DNA from: Anthoceros angustus
Lineage: Eukaryota; Plantae; Anthocerotophyta
Reading direction: 5' to 3'
Length of the DNA stretch: 64,000 nucleotides
Assembly (NCBI GenBank): GCA_010909165.1
Contig: MU008201.1
Location: forward strand, 186,001 to 250,000
Under the pieces are notes generated by a model. It searched no databases and had not been told where the DNA came from. It saw only the letters and a list, made by a program, of their open reading frames with translations. The first letter of the stretch is position 1, and the number at the start of each line of letters is the position of its first letter. Positions 38,600 to 49,537 of this stretch are shown here, piece by piece. The position numbers and the translations under genes are program-made.

Positions 38600-41500
38600 T
38601 TTAGTGTGATTCGAAGACGGCGATTGATTATCGGCATCAAGGTGCGCCCACTGCGCCCAATATGGGCAATATACTACATGCCGAATATAAAGCGTATGTG
38701 ATTACGGTGGGTGAAGTGGGAAGTGCAGAGGACGTTGATCTCTGAAACAATAAATGATGGGCCTACTTTGCCAACAATGCCTTTTCCTATGACGAGCTTT
38801 GAATTACGCCAGGCGACCATTGGCAGCAACTGCGGGAAGGCAAGCCAATGCCTTCGGCATGGGGCGATGGTGCCCGCGAGCAGGGGCAATGGCAAGGTAC
38901 CGCCGCATCAACGGAGTTTGGAGACGCCATTCTGACGCTAAGAGCACCCGCGTCGGCGTCGCCGGCATAAGCCCGTAGTGCGTGGGGAGGATGAGAGGCA
39001 AGCTCGGATCGGGCTATCTCGGTCATCCACCCGGGCACCTAACTCCGATCATGCGGCGCGCAAGAAGGCCACCTCGTCCCACAAAGGGACATCGAGAGTT
39101 GTGGGGAGAGTGGAAAATGGCGGTACCAATGGCGGTTGAGGACATAGAGACGTGGAACATCCGGCCCCGAGGCGGACTTGGAGCCTTCGTCCGTCGTTCA
39201 ACGAAGTGGATGATGATGTTTTCTTTGTCAAATGAGGTGGGTGGTTCGAGACTAGATTGAGCGAGCGTGTTCGCCATATGTAGACACGTTGATGCAATTT
39301 GTTTCGCGGACGTTGCGGTGCACCTTGGCATGCTGGCAGCTGTTCATGCAGGAGGACATATGGAGGCAGCCCATGGCAGCACGGGAGGTGGTGGCGACTG
39401 CGAGACGGCACACTGAAAGGCGTGGACGGGGCCGGGCAACCCGTGTGGGGCAGGGCCAGCGGACAGCGCCTGCGCGCGCACAAGAACTGGATGAGGAATG
39501 GCGACGACAATTCCGACATGGGGGAGGTGAATTGACAAGCGGGGAGGGCAGTGTGCACCGGCTGGATGCTGATGTTGTGGTTTGTGAGGTGGACAACGAT
39601 GCCACGGGTGACAGCCTTGATAAAAAGGCATGGCGTGAAATGGCTGAAAGAGGCCTTGCAAAACAAAGGGCGAGGAGGAAGGAATCCGATGTTGTTGTCT
39701 AGCAAGCTAGGCCTGAAGCTGCTGGCGGACAAAGGTTGTGAATGAGCTGGGTACATGGCAAGATGGCGCGGCGTTAGAGGAAAAACACAGTTAGTGAAAT
39801 CGGTGTCGGCCTTCCCGACTGGTGGTAAAGTCCAGCATAAGCCGACACTTCTGAGATGACTCGCCGCGCAACTCTCGTTGTGTGGAAGGCTGCAAAAGCG
39901 GCACACTAGAGGAAAGGGACCGGAGGGAGGAGGCGGGAAGAAGCCGAGCATGGTGGACGAGGAAGAGTGGGAAGATCTTGCGCGCGGATGCTGAAGAGAA
40001 ACGGAAAGTTTGAGCCTCAAGTATGAACTTGCAGCTAAGAGCCAAAACGGTGGATGGGGCCAAACCCTTGGGGAAAGGGAGGGGCTACTGGATGGGTGGT
40101 TCGGTTTGAGAGTAAGCATGGTAGGTACCCAACCGAAGAGGAGGCAGAATATGGGAGGCTGAAGAGGACGATCTCCATGCAACCTCTGTGGGCGGTTCGC
40201 GATAAGGGCGGTTCTGTGCCGGAGTTCCTACAGCGGGTAAGACATGGAATACATGAAAACACCCCCGAGGTTCAGGCTATTGCCAGGAGAACAAGGGAAA
40301 TGACTATTTTGTTGAATGACATGGAATTGGAGATGGATCCAGATCTGGTGGCGTTTCCGAGACGAAGGATGGAAGACAGGGGAGCCTCCACTGTTGGTGG
40401 ACGAGGTGGTGGTGTGGATGTAGAGGGGATAACTAGGAGGACAGAGGGAGTAGATTGCTTTGGGGGAGATCAGGCGAGAGACATCCTAACAGTGAATGGA
40501 AGGGGAGGGGCGGGCTTGGTGAACCATGAAGGTGGGATGGTGGAGAGTTGGGAAACAAGTGCGGGGAGGCTATCACGAGAGAATGACATCGTGGTGCCGA
40601 CGACACCACGATCACCGATGGTGATGGACCATGCATGCCGGTGATAGTGTGAATGAAGAGAGGAGCATGTATAGGAGAGGCAAGCTCGGATCGGGCTATC
40701 TCGGTCATCCACCCGGGCACCTAGCCACTCCGATCCGAGCGGCGCGAGAAGAAACCTCGTCCACAAAGGGACATCGAGAGTTGTGGGGGAGTGGAAAATG
40801 GCGTGGTAATGGCGGTTGAGGACATAGAGACGTGGAACATCCGGCCCGGAGGCGGACTTGGAGCCTTTAGAATCGGTTCAACGAAGTGGATGATGATGTT
40901 TGTCAAATGAGGTGGTGGTTCGAGACTAGATTGAGCGAGCGTGTTCGCCATGTAGACACGTTGATGCAATTTGTTTTGCGGACGTTGCGGTGCACCTTGG
41001 CATCTTGGCATTGCGAGGAGGACATATGGAGGCAGCCACGGGAGGTGGTGGCGGCTGCGGGCACTGCGAAGGCGTGGGCAGGCGGCAACCCGTGTGGGGC
41101 GGCCCGTGAGACGCCCTGCGAAGGATGAGGAATGGACAATTCCGGGGAGGTGAATTGACAAGCGGGAGGCGGTGTGCACCGGCCGGATCGATGTTGTGGT
41201 TTGTGAGGTGGACAACGATGCCACTGGTGACAGCCTTGATAAAAAGGCATGGCGTGAAATGGCTGAAAGAGGCCTTGCAAAAACAAAGGACGAGGAGGAA
41301 GGGAATCCGATGTTGTTCGGGTCTGAAGCTAAACTGAACTGAAAAGTGCGGACAAAGGTTGTGAATGAACTGGGTACATGGCAAGATGGCGCGACGTTAG
41401 AGAGGAAAAGGCAGTTAGTGAAATCGGTGTCGACGCCTTCGACACGGTGGTAAAGTCCAGCATAAGCCGACACTTCGCATGATTCTGCGCAGCGCAACTC

Positions 41501-42270
41501 GTTGTGTGGAAGCGCAAAGGCGGCACTAGAGGAAAGGGACCGAGGAGGGAGGAGGCGGGAAGAAGCCGAGCATGGTGGACGAGGAAGAGTGGGAAGATGC
41601 TGTTGCTGGCGCGGATGCGGTGAAGAAAGCGGAAAGTTTGAGCCTTGAAGTATGAACTTGACTAAGCAGAGGGGGCCAAAAGCGGTGGATGGGGCCAAAC
41701 CCTTGGGGAAAGGGAGGCCTTGTTGGATGGGTGGTTCGGTTTGAGAGTAAGCATGGTAGGTACCCAACCAGAGGAGGAATATGGAGGCAAGACGATCTCC
41801 ATGCAACCTCTGTGGTGATTCGCGGCGGTTCTGCGGAGTTCCTGAGTAAGACATGGAATACATGAAAACACCCCGAGGTTCAGGCTATTGCCGGAGAACA
41901 AGGAAATGACTATTTTGTTGAATGACATGGAATTGGAGATGGATCCAGATCGGTGGCGTTTAGGGGCGAAGGATGGAAGGCAGGGGAGCCGCCGCTGGGT
42001 GGACGAGGTGGTGGTGTGGATGTGGAGGGATAACTAGGAGGACAGAGGAGTAGATTGCTTTGGGGAGATCAGCGAGACATCCTAATGTGAATGGAAGGGA
42101 GGCGGGCTTGGTGAACCATGAAGGTGGGATGGTGGAGAGTTGGGAAACAAGTGCGGGGAGGCTATCACGAGAATGACATCGTGGTGCCGACACCACGATC
42201 ACCGATGGTGATGGACCATGCATGCTGGTGATAGTGTGAATGAAGGCAGTGTGGCGGATGTAGGGAGAGG
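38600..42270 (+). pseudogene. Probable CACTA second ORF (TnpA-like), present as a ~1.68-kb tandem duplication (38993-40673 / 40674-~42270)
   Basis: GKGGATGWVVRFESKHGRYPTEEEAEY resembles the GG....GR.PT..E motif of En/Spm ORF2 proteins and follows the transposase. The duplication is directly visible. Confidence 0.45.
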
Positions 42271-42506
42271 CGGGCCACATAACGGACTTCGGGTGGGGGT
42301 GCCGCCACCATCAAGTTCCGCCATGGCCGTAGGAAGGGCGAGGACTTGGTATCACCCTGTAGTGGCTAGGCCGGTTAACGAAAGGAGGGTGCGCCAAGAG
42401 GGCAGCATCCGGTAAGCAGCGTGGTGTTGGGAGGGTGCCCGCCATCGCCCAGTGACTGAATTGCACATCAGACGGAGTTGGGGTCGGATGGAGTGACGTG
42501 GTAGTG

Positions 42507-45500
42507 AACGGCAGGAGGATGGAATTGAGGCGGTCCAGAAGCTCCCGATGAAGTGGGAACCAAGGGACCCCTAGAATCAGCCCCAAAGCCGAGCAATCTC
42601 CCCAATGGAAATGAAAGTAGGTAGAATCCCACCGGAGACGCACTTGGACAGCTTGACCTTCAAGCCCCACCAGAAAGCTCATGAGAGAAGAGCTCAAAGG
42701 CCTCCTTAACTTTGTCCCTGTGCCCGAGGATGTGAGAGTCCACAACAAGGGAAGACACAAGGCTGGCTGAGAAGGCGGCCTAGATAGGGCCCTATAGTGA
42801 GCAATGGCGAAGAGAGCACCCTAGGGGTCGCCTGCCCGGTTCACCGTGGCCGATTCCAAGACAGTAGACAAGAACTCAAGAGACGTCAGGCCGGTAGTAG
42901 AGGTTGGAGGACCTCCGTAGAAGCACCGACAAAAGGTATAAGGCTCCCCAACGCCGCCAAGATCCCTAAGCTCCTCAAGATGACGCTCCTAGAAATGGTA
43001 TTGAAGGCGTCTCGACATCAACTGTAAGACCACCCACCCGGGTGGGTATCAAGGCATGCCTTCACCCAAGCACCATGCACTCACCCTGAGTGGCAATGCC
43101 AAATTGAAGGGGTTGAGGTGTCAAGAAGAGAGCGGCACCGAAGTGCGGCCGAGTAGTCGCATGAAGGCTTCTCCGACCGCGAGTGGGCGCACTGAACAAA
43201 GTGGCTTGTCCATAGCGACAAGCCCGCTAGCCGCAAGAACATGGGAAATCCGGATGCCCTCACCCCGAGCCACCGCAGCCGCTGAGAAAAGAGCTCGGAA
43301 GCCGCTAGATGGATCTTCTGGGAGAAAAGGTCCCCGAGGTGTTCAAACACCATTCATGACAACCCGCGATGAAAGACGGGGTCGAGAAAGTGCCAGAGCA
43401 AAAGCCGCCTGTCCAGAGAAGGGATCCTCCGGACGAGTCGATATGTCCGGGATGGCATCCTTGGGAGCCGGATGGAGGGCACGAGGGCAACAATGGTCTC
43501 CTCGTAAGCGGGGCTAGGGGAGGTCAAGAGCCCGGCAACATGAGCATACCACCGCCAAGCGCCTTGCAACGACGCAGTTTGTTGCATTACCGGACTGCCC
43601 AACCGCCAGGATTCCGCCGAGCCTTGGCAAAGACGCAAAGCCTCCTCCTCGAGGGATGCCCACATCACCAAAGCCAAGACGGCTAGCAACTTCCCTGCAA
43701 GCCCCACCCCTAGAACACCGAAGGCACCACCGGGGGAGAAGCAGGAGAAGGCACCAAGCTAACTCGTCCTGGGGATCGAGCGCAAGGCGATCCAAGGGAA
43801 GACGGAACGCCAAACGGGCATCATCATGAAGGTGGCGGGGAAGCCTGCGGAAGATGCGCGGGCATGGAAAGCGGGTTTCAAACATCCCAAGTATGTGATC
43901 CAGCTGACCCCGCAACCATTCCCAGGAAGAGAGAGGCACCCCACGATGGACGATACTATCGACGGAGCCCTGACCTGAACCGGAGGAGGTCGCAATGTGC
44001 ACTTGGCAGCCCAAGTAGTCTGGAAATCTTTATGCATGTGCCCAATGGGGTTTCACCCCTCGACACCAGAGAGTTGAGCATGCAGGACACTCCGTGTCCA
44101 CCTGGGCCAGGAGGGTAGACCGCCCCATTGGGAAGGGTACTTAAAGAACCCGCAAACGCCAATGGAGGCGATGGCCGAGGAGGTACTGGGGACCGGGACA
44201 AACGACCCCTTTTACCGGACATACGGAGCGAGTCTGTGACGAACCCCAAAAGGCCGGCCAAGAGCTCCAGAGGGATCAGAACCCACGTAACCACCGCCAC
44301 CACCAAACTAGCGCCTGCGACCGCAACTGCAACCAAAAGTGAGAAACCACCACCACCGAACAAAATCGGGAAAAATAAATTCCCACCGCAAAGAACACAC
44401 GTGACTGGCCGCAACTCGTGGCACACTAGCGGCGAACTCACTGCCTCGGCCGTGAGTAACCGGGCTACTCGTCACGGGATCGGCGCAAGGCGATCAAGGG
44501 AAGGAGCGGACAGGCATCATCATGAAGGTGGCGGGGAAGCTGCGGAAGATCGGGCATGGGCGGGTTTCAAACATCCAAGTATGTGATCCGGTGACCCGCA
44601 ACCATTCCGGAAGAGAGAGACCCCGATGGGCGATCTTTGGGCCAGCACCGCAGCTGCAGGGGAGGTCGAATGTGCACTTAGGCAGAAGTATGAAATCTTT
44701 ATGCATGTGCCCAATGTGGGTTTCACCCCTTGACACGGCGGAGTTGAGCACGAGGCAGGACACTCCGTGTCCTTAGCGGTCCAGGAGGTGTAGAGCCCCA
44801 TTGGGAAGGTACTAAAAGAACCCATAAGCGCCCGGTCGGGCGGCAGGGGCGAGGGATCTGGGGCCGAGGGACAAACGACCCCGGCCTTACCGGACATCAG
44901 TGTGAGCTCCGTGTAAGGCGAACGGCGGCCAAGAGCTGCTGGAGAATTTGCAGCCCACCGGAACCACTGCCCCAGCGCCTTGCGCGCACTTTCATGACCC
45001 GGCGTGGGGTAGAAATCCACGACTCTAGAAAAGGCCCGAACAAAATCGGGAAAAATAAATTCCCACCGCAAAGAACACACGTGACTGGCCGCAACTCGTG
45101 GCACACTAGCGGCGAACTCACTGCCTCGGCCGTGAGTAACCGGGCTACTCGTCACGGGATCGGCGCAAGGCGATCAAGGGAAGGAGCGGACAGGCATCAT
45201 CATGAAGGTGGCGGGGAAGCTGCGGAAGATCGGGCATGGGCGGGTTTCAAACATCCAAGTATGTGATCCGGTGACCCGCAACCATTCCGGAAGAGAGAGA
45301 CCCCGATGGGCGATCTTTGGGCCAGCACCGCAGCTGCAGGGGAGGTCGAATGTGCACTTAGGCAGAAGTATGAAATCTTTATGCATGTGCCCAATGTGGG
45401 TTTCACCCCTTGACACGGCGGAGTTGAGCACGAGGCAGGACACTCCGTGTCCTTAGCGGTCCAGGAGGTGTAGAGCCCCATTGGGAAGGTACTAAAAGAA

Positions 45501-46500
45501 CCCATAAGCGCCCGGTCGGGCGGCAGGGGCGAGGGATCTGGGGCCGAGGGACAAACGACCCCGGCCTTACCGGACATCAGTGTGAGCTCCGTGTAAGGCG
45601 AACGGCGGCCAAGAGCTGCTGGAGAATTTGCAGCCCACCGGAACCACTGCCCCAGCGCCTTGCGCGCACTTTCATGACCCGGCGTGGGGTAGAAATCCAC
45701 GACTCTAGAAAAGGCCCGAACAAAATCGGGAAAAATAAATTCCCATACCATGACACATAGCATGGCGCAACTCGTAGCACGCCGGTAGGGCCCCTGCCTC
45801 TGGAGCCGTGAGCAAAACACACCATCGTCTTCCAAACTCAGCTACCACCCTACCTCCGGAGGCACGCCTACCACCGCTGGCCTTGCCTTCCCTCCTGCCC
45901 CGGCCCTCGGTAAATGCCGGCTCGCCCGCCCGCACGCAACAGCATAGCCCTGCTACCTCGCACTCGCCCTGCACTGCCCTGGCTACGACACCGCAACCGC
46001 ATCACACCGCGCCTGCAGGTACCGCCGCGCACCCTTACTGCACGGCGCCCACTCGCACCACTCTCACAGACAACGCTGCTCCTCGGCGCGCTGACTCGCC
46101 TCCGCCGCTTCGCACGATGCCTCCGACCGCCTCCCCGCGCCGCTCCGCCACCGCCGCCAAGGCCGGCACTCTCGCCGCGTTTCCTCGGCGAGCGAACCTG
46201 GCCGCATCGCGCTTCGCCTGCCGCCTGCTTCGCCTCGCCGCTGGCCTCACCACCCGCGCCGCCCGCCGCCTGCCCGCCCGCCCCGGCCGCTTCGCGCCCG
46301 CGCCATGCGCCTGCCCGCGCCGCCCGCCCTCCCTCTCCTCATCCTCCTCCCGCCTGCCGCTTCCTCCTCCTCCTCACCCGCCGCTTCCTCACTGCTCACT
46401 TCGCCGCCGCCCGCCTGGCCGCCTTCCTCACCTCACCTTGCCTTGCCTTCTCTCACCTTCGCCCAGGAATCACAATACACAACTAATACTTTCCTTGGGC
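42507..46500 (-). mobile_element. CRE-like non-LTR retrotransposon, 5' half (Zn finger, RT domain)
   Basis: CVLCGGNLF, AWCLLLLLPRWCL..RGG..REV..RL, VRPLAVGEAFMRLLGR (~43140-43190), VLQ.D..AFNTISR, G.QGDPLG.LFAIAHYRAL (~42790-42845), GLKVKLSKC, ILGVP. Confidence 0.85.
43762..45800. repeat. ~3 x 680-bp tandem array (chimeric copies)
   Basis: ORFs 44522/45202 and 44494/45174 are identical at offset 680; junctions at ACTCGTC (44467, 45147). Confidence 0.9.
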
Positions 46501-47199
46501 GTTTCCTTAACTCCTCAAGTCATACACCTCACCCCATTGGTCTATTTGATACCATTGACATCCAAACCTAGTTTTTTTTTTTTTAGTTTAGCATCATAAA
46601 ATATATTTTCAATCCTTTACAATCCCTTTGAATCTTAATTTACATCTGGTTTTACAACATGAAAATTATTAAAATAATAGTTTTCTATCCTCTTTGTTTT
46701 ATGTCTCTTTGATCTTTTTTCACTACTTATTTATTATAAAAATTGATAATTATCTTTCTATACTTTTGTTTATCTATTTTCTTTAACATCATTCAGTTGT
46801 TTCTAGTATTTTGTATCATATTATATAATTTCAATTCATTTTAATCTTGGTTAAAGGATCTTCATATAATTTAGTTCATTAAAAAATCCTTTTTTTTCTT
46901 GTACCTCTTTATCATTCATTTATATCTATCTATAGGAGAAGAAGCTAATGAAAGCAAAAACTCTATTTATGTACATATAATATTTTTAATATTATACCTA
47001 AATAAATATTTATTATTTTATTTATTATTACTGATTTTATTTCTATTAATTTTATTTTATCTCAAAATTTCTTTTATATCTTATGCCCTCTTTTCTTTTG
47101 TTTCATCCATCCCTATTTGTTTCTTTATTTCTTTTCTATTTTGTTACATCATGTTTTTTAATTTGGTGATTTTCTTTATGGGGCCCTCTCTTGCCGCAT

Positions 47200-48470
47200 C
47201 CATCAGGGATAGTTCTTGCCCTATGTGTGGGAAGTTATTCTAACCTCAAGGGCTGAGGCGCCACATGGACAAGGTTTACAAGGACTTTGATTGGACTACT
47301 TGAGAGAAATAACTTCCCTCAAGAGGTGAGGTACCAGATGGGCAGGCGAAGACTACTCCCCTCGAACCTTGTGAGAGTCTTGCAAGTGGTTGCGGGCAGA
47401 GTTTGATCATCTTCTGGCCTTGTACAAGATGCGTCTCCCGGGACTTCGCCTTTTTGACGCCTCCCAAGGCGACTGCATGTTGACGTCCGTCTTGCCTCGG
47501 AGCGCCTTATGCAAGTTCCCTGGGACAAGGCTGCATGGACTTTCTTTCTTTTTCTTTTGTATTGATGTCTTCGCCACCAGGGTTGGTTCCTATGGCCACA
47601 GGGAGGTAGCCACCCATCTCCGTCGCTTCCGAGTGGGGGATCGAGAGGCTAGCTTACAGGAGGAGAGAGGGCGCGCTGCAAGATCTAGATTGGAGTCGGT
47701 TAAGCAGGTTCATTATGACCCCGCAAAGGCGCCAACGAGTCTCAAGAGGTGCCTCTTGTTAGGCCGTGCTGGGGAGTATGCTAAGGCTGCTGGGCCCTTA
47801 CTCGGAGCCAGTGGGTGGTGCCAGCCTTGGAGAAGACCATCACTGCTCTTCATGTACTTCACCCAACTCCAGGTGACCCCATTCCATAGGATATCCTGGA
47901 GTTTGTGGCTGAGGAGCCCTTCTGTCTAGACATGGCAGTTTTGGCCAAGCTATTACCATTGCCCCGTGACTTTCTTTTGGTGGTCTGTCGAGGATGGTTT
48001 GTGACCATTTTCGGGATTACTTTACTCATGAGGATCCTTCAAATGATTTTTTGGAGCTTTTTATTCTGGTAGCGCCTTCGGCGAGGGGTGAGACCCCATG
48101 CTGGATTTCTAAGGTGTTGGGTGCTACAGGTTATTGGCTATGGAGATGCCCACACCAGGGGTGCACCCTATCGCCATTGGGGAGGCATTCTTGCGGCTCA
48201 TTAGTGGCAGCATTGCCTCCAGCTTTGCGAGCAGTTTTAGGCTCATTTTAGAGCCCATCAATTTGGGATTGCCGCTTCGAGGGGACTGTGAGTTAGTGAC
48301 CTTCGGTGTTGAGGCGGTTCTTTCAACATTGTGTCCAAGGCAGATATTTTCAACGAACTCAAGGACGCAGGCGGGCGGCTGACAAGTCTTATTTCATTTG
48401 TTCGTTCTTTTTATGGTTCCCTATCGGACCTTTATAATCAGATGGTCGTTCAATGGAAGGGGTCTCCGTC
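47200..48470 (+). mobile_element. Third CRE-like fragment (N-terminal Zn finger to start of RT), 3'-truncated
   Basis: CPMCGKLF.PQGLRRHM, GHREVATHLRRFRVGD, LKRCLLLGRAGEYAKAA, GVHPIAIGEAFLRLI, LEPINLG..GDCELV. Confidence 0.8.
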
Positions 48471-49537
48471 CTATATTATTGGCATGGTCCCTCTGTGGAA
48501 GGAGTCTCCATGCTGAACTCGGATTCTATGGGGTGCTCTATTCGCCATCTACAATAGGACATCATAGAGAGAACCCAAGGGCCACAACAAAAAGGTACAA
48601 CACAAAACTCTTAAAATAATCATTATAATATTAAATGAATCTATGTACTTGTCATATTTGAGTCCCATGACTCAAATATTTGAGTCCTTAGTAGACTATA
48701 TACAATTCTTCTTTTTCATCTATTATTCGTCAAACCTATGCTACAAATCAAATTTAGTATTTCACTTTCATTACACCGAAGGCGAGAAAGCCAAACAACA
48801 ACATCACTGACATCTATTTACGATGAACTTTGATTTATTTTATATAAATATATACATATATATTATCTTTACCTTCAAAAACATGCAACTTATACATCTT
48901 CTAGGACAACTATTAATTAATTAGTTTTCTCTTTTAATTTCTAATTTTATAATTTATTTTATAATTATTTATTACTCTCATTTTCTTCTTCCATTCCAAT
49001 CTTTTTGCATCTTAATCTTCATATTCCTCTTTATTTTATTTTTCATCATCTTTAACACTTCATCTTCAATTTTCTTCTTCTAAATGTGTGATATGTGAGA
49101 TAAAATGGCCTTGTAAGTACATACCTCCTCACATGGCAAGCTTGCCTTGACGAGGAACTGGCTCCGTTCCCCACCCACGACCAGAGAGGGTTCCTCTTAC
49201 AGCGTTGTGTGAGTCCAAATTAACCTGGGGTCAAATAACCCAGTCATTAGCTGATCAAGACTTTCAGCCGCCAGACACGTTTAGTGCAATGTTTAAAAAG
49301 TTTTAACTGAGTTGGAAGATTAAAATCCGAGATTGTCGTAGATAATTTTGCAAGCAGTTTTGACCCCCGAGGTTTTGTGGGGAGGTTTGAATGCGATAGC
49401 GCGCTTCAAGGCAATCGGTTGAATCGGTAGGCGGGAGAGACGGCAAGGGAGGCAAAGGCAGGGCATGGTTGTGGCATTGTGGCATTGTGGCATCAGCAGC
49501 AAGAGGAAGAGGAAGAGCAAGCAGCGGTAGCGGTGCG

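Noticed and set aside
46572-46584. T-run as poly(A) tail of a retrogene or LINE
   Set aside because: No matching upstream element body or TSD could be identified.
45808-46599. 263-aa ORF as a host gene
   Set aside because: Low-complexity P/R/A product on the antisense strand of the GC-rich CRE 5' region.
46899-47243. 114-aa hydrophobic ORF as a membrane protein
   Set aside because: F/I/L richness follows from AT-rich low-complexity DNA; only its last residues (CPMCGKLF) belong to the CRE fragment.
49430-49437. E2F-like site GGCGGGAG upstream of ORTH
   Set aside because: Biologically plausible, but one mismatch from consensus and too short to support without conservation data.
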